DNA of 64,000 nucleotides from Cyanobacteriota bacterium (GCA_046052125.1 JBJOMY010000001.1:448001-512000); one strand, 5' to 3'. Counted from the first letter of the stretch, positions 19,362 through 30,418 are shown. A program made the numbers and translations. The notes: a model not told the origin generated them from the letters alone.

Positions 19362-21362
19362 GTGAAGATTCGACTGCCACGCTTCGGTATACGGCCCCTC
19401 GGGATCCGGCTGACGACCCTCCCGTGGCTTGTGCTCGCAACGGGGCTTGGCCTCACGGGCCTGTGGTGTCACCAGCAGCGGCTCTTCACGCGACTGGAGC
19501 ACGAACGGATTGAGCGCGACCTGGCTAACGCGATCAGCAACGCGATCACCTCACGCCTGCAGACCAACATCGCGGTGCTCAATGCCGTGGTGGGCCTCTT
19601 CGATGCATCCAAAGAGGTGGACCAGCAGGAATTCAACGCCTTCTACCAAGCCCTGAACCATGGAGGGGAGACGTTGAGCGGCATCCAGGGCGTTGGTTAT
19701 GCCGTTGTGGTGCCCAACGGCGACATCTCTGGCTTTGAGCGACAGGTGAGAAGCGCCGGGAGACCCCACTTCACGATCAAACCTGCAGGATCACGCCCGC
19801 TGACCAGCGCCATCCTCTATCTGGAACCGAACGACTGGCGCAATCAGCGGGCCCTCGGATTCGACATGTATTCCCAGGTGACCAGGCGGGAAGCAATGCA
19901 GCTGGCCGTCAGCACCGGTGAGGCCGCCTTGAGCGGACCTGTCCGGTTGTTGCAGGAAAACTCGATCCGCCCCCAGATCGGAGCCCTGCTCTACCAAGCG
20001 ATCTACCGAACCCCGAGTGAAGGCTTCAACTCCAGCCAGGACCGGTTCAATCACCTCAGAGGTTGGGCCTATTCACCCTTACGGATGGAGGATCTGATCC
20101 AGGGCGCTCTGGCCAGAGTGGAGGATCCCGCCCTGCCAGGCACCGGCGTATTGATCTACGACGGCTCGCGCAATCGAGCCGACAACCTCCTCTTCGACAA
20201 CCTCAAACTCGCCAACAGCCCACAGCTCACCCATCCCACCTGGCTCGAGGTGAGCATCGCCAATCGCACCTGGGTGATTGGCATTCAGCTCGACTACCGC
20301 AAACTCAATCCCGAGGGCTGGAGCAACACCCTGCTGCTGCAGGCGCTACTGGGCGTGAGCCTCAGTGTGCTTGCTGCTGTGATCAGCCAACAGTTGATCC
20401 GCAATCACCAATCCGTTCGCCAGGCCCTGTTGCGGGAGCAGGAAGCCTCCAGGGAACGGGCCCTTGCAGGCACGGTGTTTGACAGCAGCCCGGTGGCGAT
20501 CGTGGTGACCGATGCCCAAGGCGTGATCCTGAAGGTGAATCAGGCCTTCTGCCAGCTCACGGGCTATTCAGAACTAGAAGCGCGAGGAAACACCGCCAAC
20601 CTGTTGCGTTCAGGCAGGCACGACAACAGCTTCTATCAGGAGATGTGGTCGGCGATTCTCTCCAAGGGCTACTGGAGTGGTGAGATCTGGAACCGCCACC
20701 GCAATGGTCAGATCATTCGCCATGAGCTCTCGATCACAGCGGTGCTGGATGAGCACCAACAGCCGAGCAGTTTCGTGGGCCTCCTGCGCGATGTGAGCGA
20801 GCGCTATCAGCAGGAAGAGCGGATGCGGTTCATGGCAACGCACGATCAGCTCACCGGATTAGCCAATCGCACCCTGCTGATCGAAGAACTGAATCGCAGT
20901 CTTGCCCTCGCCAAACGCCAGGGATTCGGCGTGGGGCTGCTGTTCATCGACCTCAACCGCTTCAAGCCGGTGAACGACCGCTACGGCCACAGCACCGGTG
21001 ATGCCTTGCTAAAGGCCGTGGCTCAACGGCTGACCAGCACCTGCCGCAGCAGTGACACCCTCTGCCGCCAGGGCGGTGATGAGTTCGTGGTGCTGATTCC
21101 CGATGCCCCCTCGATTGAGCACCTGCAAACGCTGGCCAGAAAGCTGGTGGGTGCTCTGGAGCAGCCGTTTCCTGCAGGGCCTGACCTACCGAAGGAGATC
21201 ACCATCAGCGCCAGCATTGGCATCGCCCGCTGGCCCGATCACGCCAGCGATGCGGACGCGTTGATCGAAGCAGCCGACACGGCGATGTATGCCGCGAAGT
21301 TGCAGGGCGAAGCCTCGATTGCCATTGCAGCCGGCATCACGACCTCCGACTCGCCGAGCTGA
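19362..21362 (+). CDS. Diguanylate cyclase with CHASE and PAS domains
   Basis: TM-CHASE (NQRALGFDM)-TM, PAS/PAC (W-GEIWNR), GGDEF with RSSD I-site. Confidence 0.92.
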   Translation: MKIRLPRFGIRPLGIRLTTLPWLVLATGLGLTGLWCHQQRLFTRLEHERIERDLANAISNAITSRLQTNIAVLNAVVGLFDASKEVDQQEFNAFYQALNHGGETLSGIQGVGYAVVVPNGDISGFERQVRSAGRPHFTIKPAGSRPLTSAILYLEPNDWRNQRALGFDMYSQVTRREAMQLAVSTGEAALSGPVRLLQENSIRPQIGALLYQAIYRTPSEGFNSSQDRFNHLRGWAYSPLRMEDLIQGALARVEDPALPGTGVLIYDGSRNRADNLLFDNLKLANSPQLTHPTWLEVSIANRTWVIGIQLDYRKLNPEGWSNTLLLQALLGVSLSVLAAVISQQLIRNHQSVRQALLREQEASRERALAGTVFDSSPVAIVVTDAQGVILKVNQAFCQLTGYSELEARGNTANLLRSGRHDNSFYQEMWSAILSKGYWSGEIWNRHRNGQIIRHELSITAVLDEHQQPSSFVGLLRDVSERYQQEERMRFMATHDQLTGLANRTLLIEELNRSLALAKRQGFGVGLLFIDLNRFKPVNDRYGHSTGDALLKAVAQRLTSTCRSSDTLCRQGGDEFVVLIPDAPSIEHLQTLARKLVGALEQPFPAGPDLPKEITISASIGIARWPDHASDADALIEAADTAMYAAKLQGEASIAIAAGITTSDSPS

Positions 21363-21367
21363 TCGAC

Positions 21368-22240
21368 TCAGCGCCAGAGCGCATCGGCCATGCGCGCCAC
21401 CTGCACGATCGGGCCGCCGTCATGCACGCGCACCACATCCACCCCCACCGATACGCACTGGGCGACCACGGCCGCCGTGCCCCAAAGACGCGCTTTCGCA
21501 CGCGGTTCCTCAAGAACCGCTCCAATGAAGCGTTTACGCGATGGGCCCACCAGCAAAGGAATCCCTTCGGCCCGCAGCAGTGGCAGTCCCCGCAACAACT
21601 CCAGGTTCTGCTCGGTGGTTTTTGCGAAGCCGAGGCCGGGATCCCAGATCAGCTGCTCGCGCCGCAGTCCAGCTGCCATGGCTCGTTCGCTGGCCTGCTG
21701 CAGTTCCGCCAGAACCACCGGCACCACACCAGCGCTGCCGTAATCGGTGAGGCCATCCATGCTCTGGCTGTCGCCCCGGGAGTGCATCAGCACATAGGGG
21801 CAGCCCGCCTGGGCCACTAGCGGCAGGATCGCGGGGTCCGCACGGCCGCCACTCACATCGTTGATCCAATCAGCACCGGCGGCCAAGGCGGCTTCTGCCA
21901 CCGGCGCGCGGAACGTGTCCACCGAGATCAGTGGACGGCTGTTGGCCTGGGGGTCATCGCTGCGGGGCGGGCAGCGCAGCTCACCGCACTCAATGGCGCC
22001 CCGGATCAACTGCAACGCCGGCAGCAGCCGCGCCAGCTCCTCAGCCGCGCCGACATCCTCGGCACCAGGGCGGGTGCTCTGAGCGCCAAGATCAACGATG
22101 TCCACCCCCTGATCCACCAGGCGCCGAGCCTGAGCCAGGGCTCGTTCGGGGCGATCAAAGCGGCCGCCGTCGCTGAAGGAATCGGGGGTGACGTTGATCA
22201 CCCCCATCACATGGGTGCGCTGACCCCAGCGCAGGCTCAT
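21368..22240 (-). CDS. folP: Dihydropteroate synthase
   Basis: MGVINVTPDSFSDGG, STRPGA, DPGLGFAK, SRKRF, RVHD. Confidence 0.95.
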   Translation of the reverse strand: MSLRWGQRTHVMGVINVTPDSFSDGGRFDRPERALAQARRLVDQGVDIVDLGAQSTRPGAEDVGAAEELARLLPALQLIRGAIECGELRCPPRSDDPQANSRPLISVDTFRAPVAEAALAAGADWINDVSGGRADPAILPLVAQAGCPYVLMHSRGDSQSMDGLTDYGSAGVVPVVLAELQQASERAMAAGLRREQLIWDPGLGFAKTTEQNLELLRGLPLLRAEGIPLLVGPSRKRFIGAVLEEPRAKARLWGTAAVVAQCVSVGVDVVRVHDGGPIVQVARMADALWR

Positions 22241-22980
22241 CAGGCTGCGACCGGCACCTGATAGTTGGCGATGCGGGCGAAGCCTTCGGGATCGAGGGAG
22301 GCGCCGCCCACCAGCACGCCGTCGATATCGCTCTGGGCCATCAATTGATCGATGGTGGCGGGGTTCACCGAACCGCCGTACTGAATCACCACCTCGGGGT
22401 AGCCCACCCACTGGCGGATCAGGCCGCAGATGCGGTTGGCTTCAGCCGCTTCACAGGTTTTGCCGGTGCCGATCGCCCAGATCGGCTCGTAGGCCACGAT
22501 CAACCGGGCTGGATCGAGCCCATCCACGCCCTGCTCCACCTGGCGACGAATCACGCGCTCGGCTTCGCCGGCTTCGCGCTGGGAATCACTCTCACCCACG
22601 CAGAGGATCGGGATGATGCCGTGCTTCTGGGCGCTGCGGGCGCGCAGATTGATCTGCTCGTCGGTTTCGCTGTAGTACTTGCGCGGCTCGCTGTGGCCCA
22701 CGATCGCGTGGGTCACGCCGTGCTCCAGCAGCATCGGCGCCGAGATCATGCCGGTGAAGGCACCTTTCTCCTGCCAGTGGATGTTCTGGGCAGAGATATG
22801 AATGCCGCTGCCGGCCAGGGCGCTGCTCAAGGTGGCGATCGCTGTGAAGGGGGGTGCGAGCACCACCTCGCGATCTTTGGGCAGGTTGGCCACCAGGGGC
22901 TTGAAGGCGTCGGCAAAGGCCTGCGCCTCAGCGCAGGTCATGTGCATCTTCCAGTTGCCTGCGATGACGGCCTTTCCCAC
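22240..22980 (-). CDS. tpiA: Triosephosphate isomerase
   Basis: [33 protein letters not shown]. Confidence 0.96.
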   Translation of the reverse strand: MGKAVIAGNWKMHMTCAEAQAFADAFKPLVANLPKDREVVLAPPFTAIATLSSALAGSGIHISAQNIHWQEKGAFTGMISAPMLLEHGVTHAIVGHSEPRKYYSETDEQINLRARSAQKHGIIPILCVGESDSQREAGEAERVIRRQVEQGVDGLDPARLIVAYEPIWAIGTGKTCEAAEANRICGLIRQWVGYPEVVIQYGGSVNPATIDQLMAQSDIDGVLVGGASLDPEGFARIANYQVPVAA

Positions 22981-23008
22981 AGCGTCCTGAACGAATCGAC
23001 CCACCAAC

Positions 23009-23233
23009 CTATGGCACCACATGGGTCTGGCCATCGAGCTCTACGCGATCGCCTGGCTTGAGCTTGCGGCCCCGCTGGGTCTCCTGAAACCCGTTCACTC
23101 GCACCTCGCCGCCCTGGATGCGTTGCTTGGCCTCACCGCCGGTGAACGCCACCCCTTGCCATTTGAGGAATTGATCGAGGCGAATCGGCTCGGGTCGGTT
23201 GCCTGTGGAGCCGGCACCTGGAGATGGGGCCAA
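23009..23233 (-). CDS. RNA-binding S4 domain protein (YaaA/YbcJ-like)
   Basis: IRLDQFLKW...TGGEAK--IQ-GEV-VNG--ET-RGRKL; start uncertain. Confidence 0.85.
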   Translation of the reverse strand: MAPSPGAGSTGNRPEPIRLDQFLKWQGVAFTGGEAKQRIQGGEVRVNGFQETQRGRKLKPGDRVELDGQTHVVP

Positions 23234-23257
23234 AAAAAGCGCTGATAGCTTGCCCCG

Positions 23258-24994
23258 ATGCTCGCACCCCCTTCGGCCGGCTTCCGGCGGCTCCTCCCGC
23301 TGCTGGTGCCCTATCGCTCCGCACTCCTGGCCGGTGGGGCGTGCATGCTCGTGTTTGTGGTGTGTTGGCCGCTGCTGGCCTGGCTGGCCGGCCAACTGAT
23401 CCCCGCGATCGGCGCCGGTGATTTCGGCCGGGTGCTGCAGGTGATCGGCCTGGCCCTCAGCGTGTTCATGCTGCAGAAGCTGGCCCAGTTCGGCCAAGAC
23501 ACCCTGCTGGCCGGACCTGCATTGCAAGTGAGCCAGGAGCTGCGCCGCCGCCTGTTCGCGCGGCTGCAACGGCTGGATTTCGGCGTGCTGGAAAAACTCT
23601 CCGCCGGCGACCTCACCTATCGCCTCACCGAAGACGCCGATCGCGTCGGCGAGGTGATCTACAAAACGATTCAGGACACCACCCCTTCAGCGCTGCAGTT
23701 GGTGGTGGTGTTCGGCTACATGGTCTGGCTCGACTGGAAGCTGTCGCTGGGCACCTTGCTGTTGGCGCCGCTGGTGGCGGTGCTGGTGAGTGTGTTCGGC
23801 GCCAAGGTGATGGGCGCAGCCGAGAAGAGTCAGAAGCAGGTGAGCGAGCTGGCCGCCCTGCTCGGTGAGGCAATTGGCGGGCTGCCACTCGTGCGTGCCT
23901 TCGCCGCTGAACCCTGGCTGCAGCAGCGCTTCGAAACGGAGATCGATCTGCACCGCCGCGCCCGCTACCGCACCCAGCGGCTGCTGGCCCTGCAATACCC
24001 GGTGGTGGGCTTCCTGGAGGCCGCCGGCATCCTGGCGGTGCTGCTGATGGGCGCCGCTCGCATCCAAAGCGGCGACCTCAACGGCCAGGGCTTCAGTAGT
24101 TACGTGGCGGCCCTGCTGATGCTGATCGATCCGATCAGTCACCTCACCACCAACTTCAACGAGTTCCAGCAGGGGCAGGCCTCGCTGCGGCGCCTGCGGG
24201 AGATCGAGCAGCAGGCGGTGGAGCCACCCGATCGCCCCCAGGCACTGCCCCTGGGCCAGGTGGCGGGCGAACTCACCCTCGAGCAGGTGAGCTTCAGCTA
24301 CGAGGCCGAACAACCTGTGCTGCGCGACCTCAGCCTGCGGGTGGAGCCGGGCCAGGTGGTGGCGCTGGTGGGCCCCTCCGGGGCTGGCAAAAGCACCTTG
24401 TTCTCGCTGCTGCTGCGCTTCAACACCGCCCAGAGCGGCCGTGTGCTGCTGGATGGCCGCGATCTGGCGGATCTCAAGGCGAGCGAGCTGCGCAAGGCCG
24501 TGGCGCTGGTGCCCCAACAGAGCGCCGTGTTTTCCGGAACAGTGGCCGAGGCGATCGCCTTCGGCCGCCCGGCCAGCCCCGATCAGATCCGAGCCGCGGC
24601 ACGCCTGGCCAACGCCGACGGATTCATCGAAGCGATGCCCGGTGGCTACGACGCCCGCGTGGAAGAGCGGGGCAGCAACTTCTCGGGCGGTCAGCTGCAA
24701 CGGCTGGCCATTGCCCGGGCGGTGTTGGGGGATCCGGCGGTGTTGCTGCTCGATGAAGCCACCAGCGCCCTCGATGCCGAATCAGAAGAAGCGGTGCAGC
24801 GCGGGCTGGATCAGGCCATGGCCGGACGCACCGTGCTGGTGATCGCCCACCGCCTCTCCACGGTGCAGGAGGCCGATTCGATCGTGGTGCTCGAGCACGG
24901 CCAGATCGTGGATCAGGGCAACCACGACCTCTTGATCAGCCGCCCCGGCCGCTACCGCGATCTGTGCGAGCGGCAGTTGATCCGGGGGGCGTAA
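23258..24994 (+). CDS. ABC exporter, fused permease/ATP-binding (MsbA-like)
   Basis: TM domain, GPSGAGKS, FSGGQ, LLLDEATSALD, IAHRLST. Confidence 0.92.
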   Translation: MLAPPSAGFRRLLPLLVPYRSALLAGGACMLVFVVCWPLLAWLAGQLIPAIGAGDFGRVLQVIGLALSVFMLQKLAQFGQDTLLAGPALQVSQELRRRLFARLQRLDFGVLEKLSAGDLTYRLTEDADRVGEVIYKTIQDTTPSALQLVVVFGYMVWLDWKLSLGTLLLAPLVAVLVSVFGAKVMGAAEKSQKQVSELAALLGEAIGGLPLVRAFAAEPWLQQRFETEIDLHRRARYRTQRLLALQYPVVGFLEAAGILAVLLMGAARIQSGDLNGQGFSSYVAALLMLIDPISHLTTNFNEFQQGQASLRRLREIEQQAVEPPDRPQALPLGQVAGELTLEQVSFSYEAEQPVLRDLSLRVEPGQVVALVGPSGAGKSTLFSLLLRFNTAQSGRVLLDGRDLADLKASELRKAVALVPQQSAVFSGTVAEAIAFGRPASPDQIRAAARLANADGFIEAMPGGYDARVEERGSNFSGGQLQRLAIARAVLGDPAVLLLDEATSALDAESEEAVQRGLDQAMAGRTVLVIAHRLSTVQEADSIVVLEHGQIVDQGNHDLLISRPGRYRDLCERQLIRGA

Positions 24995-25053
24995 TCCGCA
25001 CGGGCCCAATGGCTGCAGGGCCCATAAGCTGGCCCGGCAAGCAATCAGACCCC

Positions 25054-25281
25054 GTGACCGACTCCGCCGCGCAGCAGCCCCCCGTGCTCACCTTTGAGGG
25101 CAAGCGCTACGACCTCAACACCCTTCCCGACGACCTGAAGGAGCTGGTGCGCGGCATGCAGGTGGCCGACGCCCAGCTGCGCATGCACGAAGACACCCTC
25201 AAGGTGTTGGCGGTGGGCCGTCAGTCGATGGCAATGCAGCTGAACGAGCGGCTCAAAGGGATCACCCCCCTGGCCGACTGA
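25054..25281 (+). CDS. Small conserved protein (DUF6447-like)
   Basis: LTFEGKRYDL followed by a coiled coil. Confidence 0.7.
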   Translation: MTDSAAQQPPVLTFEGKRYDLNTLPDDLKELVRGMQVADAQLRMHEDTLKVLAVGRQSMAMQLNERLKGITPLAD

Positions 25282-25297
25282 GCGCCGAGCGGCGGGG

Positions 25298-26278
25298 TCA
25301 GCCCGGCGGCAGGCCCCGCTCGTTGAAGATCCCTTCAAACAGCACCGAGCTGAGATAGCGCTCGCCGGAATCCGGCAGCACCACCACGATCGTTTTGCCG
25401 GCGTACTGAGGCTCGCGGGCCAGGCGCAGAGCCGCAGCCGCCGCTGCGCCGCAGCTGATCCCCGCCAGGATTCCTTCTTCGCGAGCGAGGCGACGGGCCA
25501 TGGTGACGGCCTCCTCATCGCTCACCTGCTCCACCCGATCCACCATCCCCAGATCGAGGTTGCCCGGCACAAAGCCGGCGCCGATGCCCTGGATTTTGTG
25601 GGGACCGGGCTGCAGCGGTTGACCGGTTTTGGTCTGGCTGATCACCGGGCTGTTGGTGGGCTCCACCGCCACGCTCACCAGCGGCTTACCGAGGGTGTTT
25701 TTGATGTAGCGGCTGATCCCGGTGATCGTGCCGCCGGTGCCCACGCCGGACACCAGCACATCCACCTGGCCATCGGTATCGCTCCAGATCTCCGGGCCAG
25801 TGGTGTCGTGATGGATCTGGGGGTTAGCCGGATTCACGAACTGCTGCAGCAGCACAAAGCGATCGGGATCGCTCTCGGCGATCTCTTTAGCTCGGTTCAC
25901 GGCGCCGGTCATGCCCATCCGGCCCTCGGTGAGCTCGAGGTGAGCGCCAAAGGCGGTGAGCAGCTTGCGCCGCTCGAGGCTCATCGTTTCCGGCATGGTG
26001 AGCGTGAGCCGGATGCCCTTGCTGGCGGCCACAAACGCCAGGGCGATGCCGGTGTTGCCGCTGGTGGGCTCGATCAGTTCCTTGCCAGGGCCCAGCAGGC
26101 CATCGCGCTCGGCGGCCGCCACCATCGCTGCCCCGATCCGGCATTTCACCGAGTAGGCCGGATTGCGACCTTCAATCTTGGCGAGCACCCGGGCGCCGCA
26201 TCCCTCGCTGAGCCGGTTGAGCTGCACCAGGGGCGTGCGGCCGATCGTGAGGCTGTTGTCGCTGAAGATCGCGGCCAT
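25298..26278 (-). CDS. cysK: Cysteine synthase A
   Basis: [14 protein letters not shown] lysine, [27 protein letters not shown]. Confidence 0.96.
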   Translation of the reverse strand: MAAIFSDNSLTIGRTPLVQLNRLSEGCGARVLAKIEGRNPAYSVKCRIGAAMVAAAERDGLLGPGKELIEPTSGNTGIALAFVAASKGIRLTLTMPETMSLERRKLLTAFGAHLELTEGRMGMTGAVNRAKEIAESDPDRFVLLQQFVNPANPQIHHDTTGPEIWSDTDGQVDVLVSGVGTGGTITGISRYIKNTLGKPLVSVAVEPTNSPVISQTKTGQPLQPGPHKIQGIGAGFVPGNLDLGMVDRVEQVSDEEAVTMARRLAREEGILAGISCGAAAAAALRLAREPQYAGKTIVVVLPDSGERYLSSVLFEGIFNERGLPPG

Positions 26279-26377
26279 CGCTCGGCGATTGAACACAACT
26301 AGTGCCCCGCACCCTAGGTAGAGCCCTGGCCAGTGGGCAAAACCCACCTAACGTGTTGCGTTCACGCCTGCCATTTG

Positions 26378-26878
26378 GTGAACCCCACAACCCTGCGCCG
26401 CATCACGGCTGTGCTGCTGTTCGTTGCAGCAGCCGCCTCGATCGCACTGCCGTTCCTCTCCGCCACTGCACTCACCTTGAGCATCGGCGTGATTGCAGCC
26501 GTGGCCGGGGTGACCCAACTGCTCCGGCTTGGCCAGGCAGAAGGCACCAAGGGCAAGGTCTTCCGCGCGCTCTCGGGCCTCTTCTATCTGGTGGCTGGCA
26601 TCTGGGTGGTGGCGTATCCCATCGAAAGCGAAATCAGCCTCACCTTGTTTGTGGGCCTGCTGCTGATCTTCGAAGGCGTGATGGAACTCGCAGCTGCAGC
26701 CGCCAGCCAGGGCGAGGCCCGCGGCCTGGTGCTGATGGATGGCGTGGTCACGGCGATCCTGGGCGGCCTGCTGGTGGCCGAATGGCCCAGCGACAGCCTC
26801 TGGGCCGTGGGCATGCTGTTTGGCATTTCCCTGTTCTTCAGCGCCTTCCGCCTGCTCACCACCCCGGCTGAGGCCTGA
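26378..26878 (+). CDS. HdeD/DUF308-family membrane protein
   Basis: About six TM helices in two repeats; WP-S-WAVG motif. Confidence 0.8.
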   Translation: MNPTTLRRITAVLLFVAAAASIALPFLSATALTLSIGVIAAVAGVTQLLRLGQAEGTKGKVFRALSGLFYLVAGIWVVAYPIESEISLTLFVGLLLIFEGVMELAAAAASQGEARGLVLMDGVVTAILGGLLVAEWPSDSLWAVGMLFGISLFFSAFRLLTTPAEA

Positions 26879-26926
26879 TCCAGGGGCGGCCGCCCCTGAG
26901 CAAAGGAGCGCGGCCGCTTTCAGCCC

Positions 26927-28132
26927 ATGACTCGATTCGTTGTGGTAGGGGCGGGCCCCGCGGGCCTGAGCCTCGCCTACCTGCTCGCTCAGCAAGGCCA
27001 CCAGGTGGCACTGGTGGATGCCAGCACCAACTTCAGCCGGCAGTTCCGCGGCGATGCGCTGATGCCCTGCGGGCTTGAAGCCCTCAGCCACATGGGGCTA
27101 TCGAACCTGGTGGCTGAGCTGCCCCAACGGCCGCTCCAGGATTGGAGCGTGTGGATTGAAGGGCGGCGGCTCTTTCGGGTGAGCGAGCCGATAGGGTCGC
27201 TGCAACCCTGCCGCCTGGTGGCTCAGCAACAGCTGCTCGAGGCCCTACTGGAGCGGGCCCTGCAGCTACCCACCCTGCAGTGGTACCCAGGCCAGAGCGT
27301 GCAGAGCCTCCTGCATACCGGCGAGCCACCAAATCGCATCAGCGGCGTACAGCTGGCTGATGGCCAGTGCCTGGAGGCTGATCTGGTGGTGGGCTGTGAT
27401 GGCCGCCAGTCGCTGCTGCGCCGCCTGGCGGGCCTGAAGCTGAGCAGCCAGGGTCCCGGCCTCGATCTGCTCTGGTTTGAGCTGCCAACACCACTCCCGA
27501 GCGGACAGTGGGAAGGTTTCAACACGCTGGTGGCGGGCGGCCAGATCGGCAGCGCTTGCCTCGGGGCCAACGGATCACTGCAGCTGGCCTGGTTGCTGCA
27601 ACCCGGAGCTCCAGTGCCCAGGCTCGAGCTCAACGCCTGGGCAGAGCAGCTGGCCGCATTGATGCCCGAGCCGATGGCGGCGCTTTTTCTGGAGCACGCC
27701 GATCGGCTGGAAGGGCCAAGGCGAGTGTCGGTGCAGGTGGGGCTGGCGGAGCGCTGGCAGCGCCCTGGGCTGCTGCTCCTGGGGGATGCGGCCCACCCGA
27801 TGAGCCCCGTGCGCGCCCAGGGCATCAACATGGCGCTGCGCGACAGCGTGGTGGCAGCCCACTGGCTCAGCCGCGCGACTGCTGCGGAGCTTGATGCGGC
27901 GGCTGTGCAGGTGGAGCGGCAACGGCGGCCGGAGATTCAGCGCATGCAACGGCTCCAGCAAGCGGAAGCCAGCCAGGGTCACCGCATCGGCCACAGCGCC
28001 CTGCTGCGCCACAGCCTGGCCCTGTTGAGCCCGGTGCTGGGTCCAGTCGCACAGCGGGTGTGGCAACAACGGCAAAAGCCGCTGCGGCTGGGGCTCCCAG
28101 GAGCCCTGCCTGCAGCGGCTTTGTCGCCCTAG
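26927..28132 (+). CDS. FAD-dependent monooxygenase
   Basis: GAGPAG, FRGD, GCDGR, GDAAHPMSPVRAQGINMA. Confidence 0.88.
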   Translation: MTRFVVVGAGPAGLSLAYLLAQQGHQVALVDASTNFSRQFRGDALMPCGLEALSHMGLSNLVAELPQRPLQDWSVWIEGRRLFRVSEPIGSLQPCRLVAQQQLLEALLERALQLPTLQWYPGQSVQSLLHTGEPPNRISGVQLADGQCLEADLVVGCDGRQSLLRRLAGLKLSSQGPGLDLLWFELPTPLPSGQWEGFNTLVAGGQIGSACLGANGSLQLAWLLQPGAPVPRLELNAWAEQLAALMPEPMAALFLEHADRLEGPRRVSVQVGLAERWQRPGLLLLGDAAHPMSPVRAQGINMALRDSVVAAHWLSRATAAELDAAAVQVERQRRPEIQRMQRLQQAEASQGHRIGHSALLRHSLALLSPVLGPVAQRVWQQRQKPLRLGLPGALPAAALSP

Positions 28133-28163
28133 ATCAGCTGAACGGGTCAGCCGAAATCGAGGC

Positions 28164-30332
28164 TCAACGCACGAAGAGCATCTCCTGGTAAGTGGGCAGC
28201 GGCCAGGCGGCGTCATCCACCAGGGTCTCGAGGCCATCGGCGGCAGCGCGCAGCTCGCCCATCAGCGGCATCAGCTTGTCGGCGCAGTGGCGCATGTGGG
28301 CTTCGGCGCCATGGGGGGCTGCAGCCAGGGCCGCCTCCAGAGCGGTGGCGCGATCGAGCAGCTGCTGGTTGAGGCCGGCAATCTGCTGGGCGATCGCCTT
28401 GGAGGGCTGCAAGCCAATCGCTTCCTGCTCCTGGATCGCACCGGCCAGTTCGCCGAGATAGGCGCTCACGGCGGGATAGATCAGGGTGCGGGCCAGGCGC
28501 AGGGCCAGGCGCACCTCCACCTCGATCGCCAGGCAGTACTGCTCGGCGTACACCTCGAAGCGGCTCTCCAGCTCCACGGGGCTGAGGACGTTCTGGCGGC
28601 TGAACAGCTCGCGGATGGCGTCGCGCTTGAGCACCGGCAGGGCATCGGCGCTGGTGCGCAGATTCTCCAGACCGCGCTCCTTCACGGCCATCTCATGCCA
28701 CTGGCTGGAGTAGCCGTCGCCACCGAAGATCACGGCGCCGTTCTCCTGGGTGATCTGCTGCAGCACGGCGAAGCAGGCCTGCTCGATGCTGTCGCCCTTG
28801 CCGAGCTTGGCCTCGAGCTGATCAGCCACCCAGCTGAGCGAATCTGCCAACACGGTGTTGAGCACCACTAGCGGGCCCGCCACCGACTGGCCGGAGCCCA
28901 CGGCGCGGAACTCGAAGCGGTTGCCGGTGAAGGCGAAGGGGGAGGTGCGGTTGCGATCGCCCGCGTCCTTGGGGAACTCGGGCAGGCTGTCGACACCGAG
29001 CTGCATCACGCCGCCGCTGGCGGAGCTCTTCAGCTGGCCGGCCTTGATCTGGTTGAACACGTCCTCAAGCTGGCTGCCGAGGTACACCGAGATGATCGCC
29101 GGCGGGGCCTCGTTGGCGCCGAGACGGTGGTCGTTGCTGGCGGTGGCAATGGCGGCGCGCATCAGCGGGCCGTACTGGTGCACACCGCGGATCACGGCCC
29201 CGCAGAACAGCAGGAACTGCATGTTCTCGTGGGGCGTCTTACCGGGATCGAGCAGGTTGCCCTGGGTGCTGTTCCCGATCGACCAGTTCACGTGCTTGCC
29301 GCTGCCGTTCACGCCGGCGAAGGGCTTCTCGTGCAGCAGGCAGGTGAAGCCGTGCTTCTTGGCCGTGGCCTTGAGCACGGTCATGATCAGCTGCTGGTGA
29401 TCGGTGGCCACGTTGGCGGCCTCGTGCACCGGAGCGATCTCGAACTGGCCGGGCGCCACTTCGTTGTGGCGGGTCTTGGCGGGCACACCCAGGCGGTAGA
29501 GCTGATCCTCCACGTCCTGCATGAACACCTGCACCCGCTCGGGGATGGCGCCGAAGTAGTGGTCGTCGAACTGCTGACCCTTGGCCGGCGGTGCTCCGAA
29601 CAGGCTGCGGCCGGAGAGCTGAATGTCGGGGCGCAGCGCCATGAAGGCGTTGTCCACCAGGAAGTACTCCTGCTCAGCGCCGCAGCTGGAGTTGATCGGA
29701 GCGATTTCCTTTTCGCCGAGCAGCTTCAGCACCCGCTGGGCCTGGGCGTTCACGGCGGCGTTGGAGCGCAGCAGCGGGGTTTTCTTATCGAGGGCCTCGC
29801 CGGTCCACGACACGAACACCGTGGGGATGCACAGGGTGACCCCATTGGGGGTGCGCATCAGCCAGGCGGGGCTGGTGACGTCCCAGGCGGTGTAGCCGCG
29901 TGCCTCGAAGGTGGAGCGCAGGCCGCCATTGGGGAAGGAGGAGCCATCGGGTTCGCCCTGCACCAGCAGCTTGCCGGTGAATTCCGTAATGGCGCGGCCG
30001 TCACTCTTGGGAGTGATGAAGCCGTCGTGCTTTTCAGCGGTGAGGTTGGTGAGCGGATAGAAAACGTGGGCGTAATACAGGGCGCCACGGCTGGTGGCCC
30101 AGTCCTTCATGGCATTGGCCACTGCATCGGCCACGGAAGGATCGAGGCGGCCGCCGGAGCGGATCGTGGCCTGAATCGATTTGAACACCGGGCGCGGTAG
30201 CGCCTCTTTCATCCGATCCAGGGTGAAGACGTCGCTGGCCCAGATGTCCTGCAGGGCTGACGGTGCCTGCACCGCCGCCGGCTTGCGCCGCTGGATGGTC
30301 TGCAGGGCGGCGAAGCGCTCAGCACTGGGCAT
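28164..30332 (-). CDS. glnN: Glutamine synthetase type III
   Basis: [52 protein letters not shown]. Confidence 0.96.
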   Translation of the reverse strand: MPSAERFAALQTIQRRKPAAVQAPSALQDIWASDVFTLDRMKEALPRPVFKSIQATIRSGGRLDPSVADAVANAMKDWATSRGALYYAHVFYPLTNLTAEKHDGFITPKSDGRAITEFTGKLLVQGEPDGSSFPNGGLRSTFEARGYTAWDVTSPAWLMRTPNGVTLCIPTVFVSWTGEALDKKTPLLRSNAAVNAQAQRVLKLLGEKEIAPINSSCGAEQEYFLVDNAFMALRPDIQLSGRSLFGAPPAKGQQFDDHYFGAIPERVQVFMQDVEDQLYRLGVPAKTRHNEVAPGQFEIAPVHEAANVATDHQQLIMTVLKATAKKHGFTCLLHEKPFAGVNGSGKHVNWSIGNSTQGNLLDPGKTPHENMQFLLFCGAVIRGVHQYGPLMRAAIATASNDHRLGANEAPPAIISVYLGSQLEDVFNQIKAGQLKSSASGGVMQLGVDSLPEFPKDAGDRNRTSPFAFTGNRFEFRAVGSGQSVAGPLVVLNTVLADSLSWVADQLEAKLGKGDSIEQACFAVLQQITQENGAVIFGGDGYSSQWHEMAVKERGLENLRTSADALPVLKRDAIRELFSRQNVLSPVELESRFEVYAEQYCLAIEVEVRLALRLARTLIYPAVSAYLGELAGAIQEQEAIGLQPSKAIAQQIAGLNQQLLDRATALEAALAAAPHGAEAHMRHCADKLMPLMGELRAAADGLETLVDDAAWPLPTYQEMLFVR

Positions 30333-30384
30333 GGCCGATTGGTATCACTACAAACCACTCAAAACGCGCACGCGACCTCTTTTG

Positions 30385-30398
30385 GTATCAACGAATAC
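30385..30398 (-). promoter_or_regulatory. NtcA box upstream of glnN
   Basis: Perfect GTA-N8-TAC (GTATCAACGAATAC); degenerate second copy GTATCACTACAAAC at 30342-30355. Confidence 0.8.
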
Positions 30399-30418
30399 CG
30401 AATTAAACACTGAACGCT

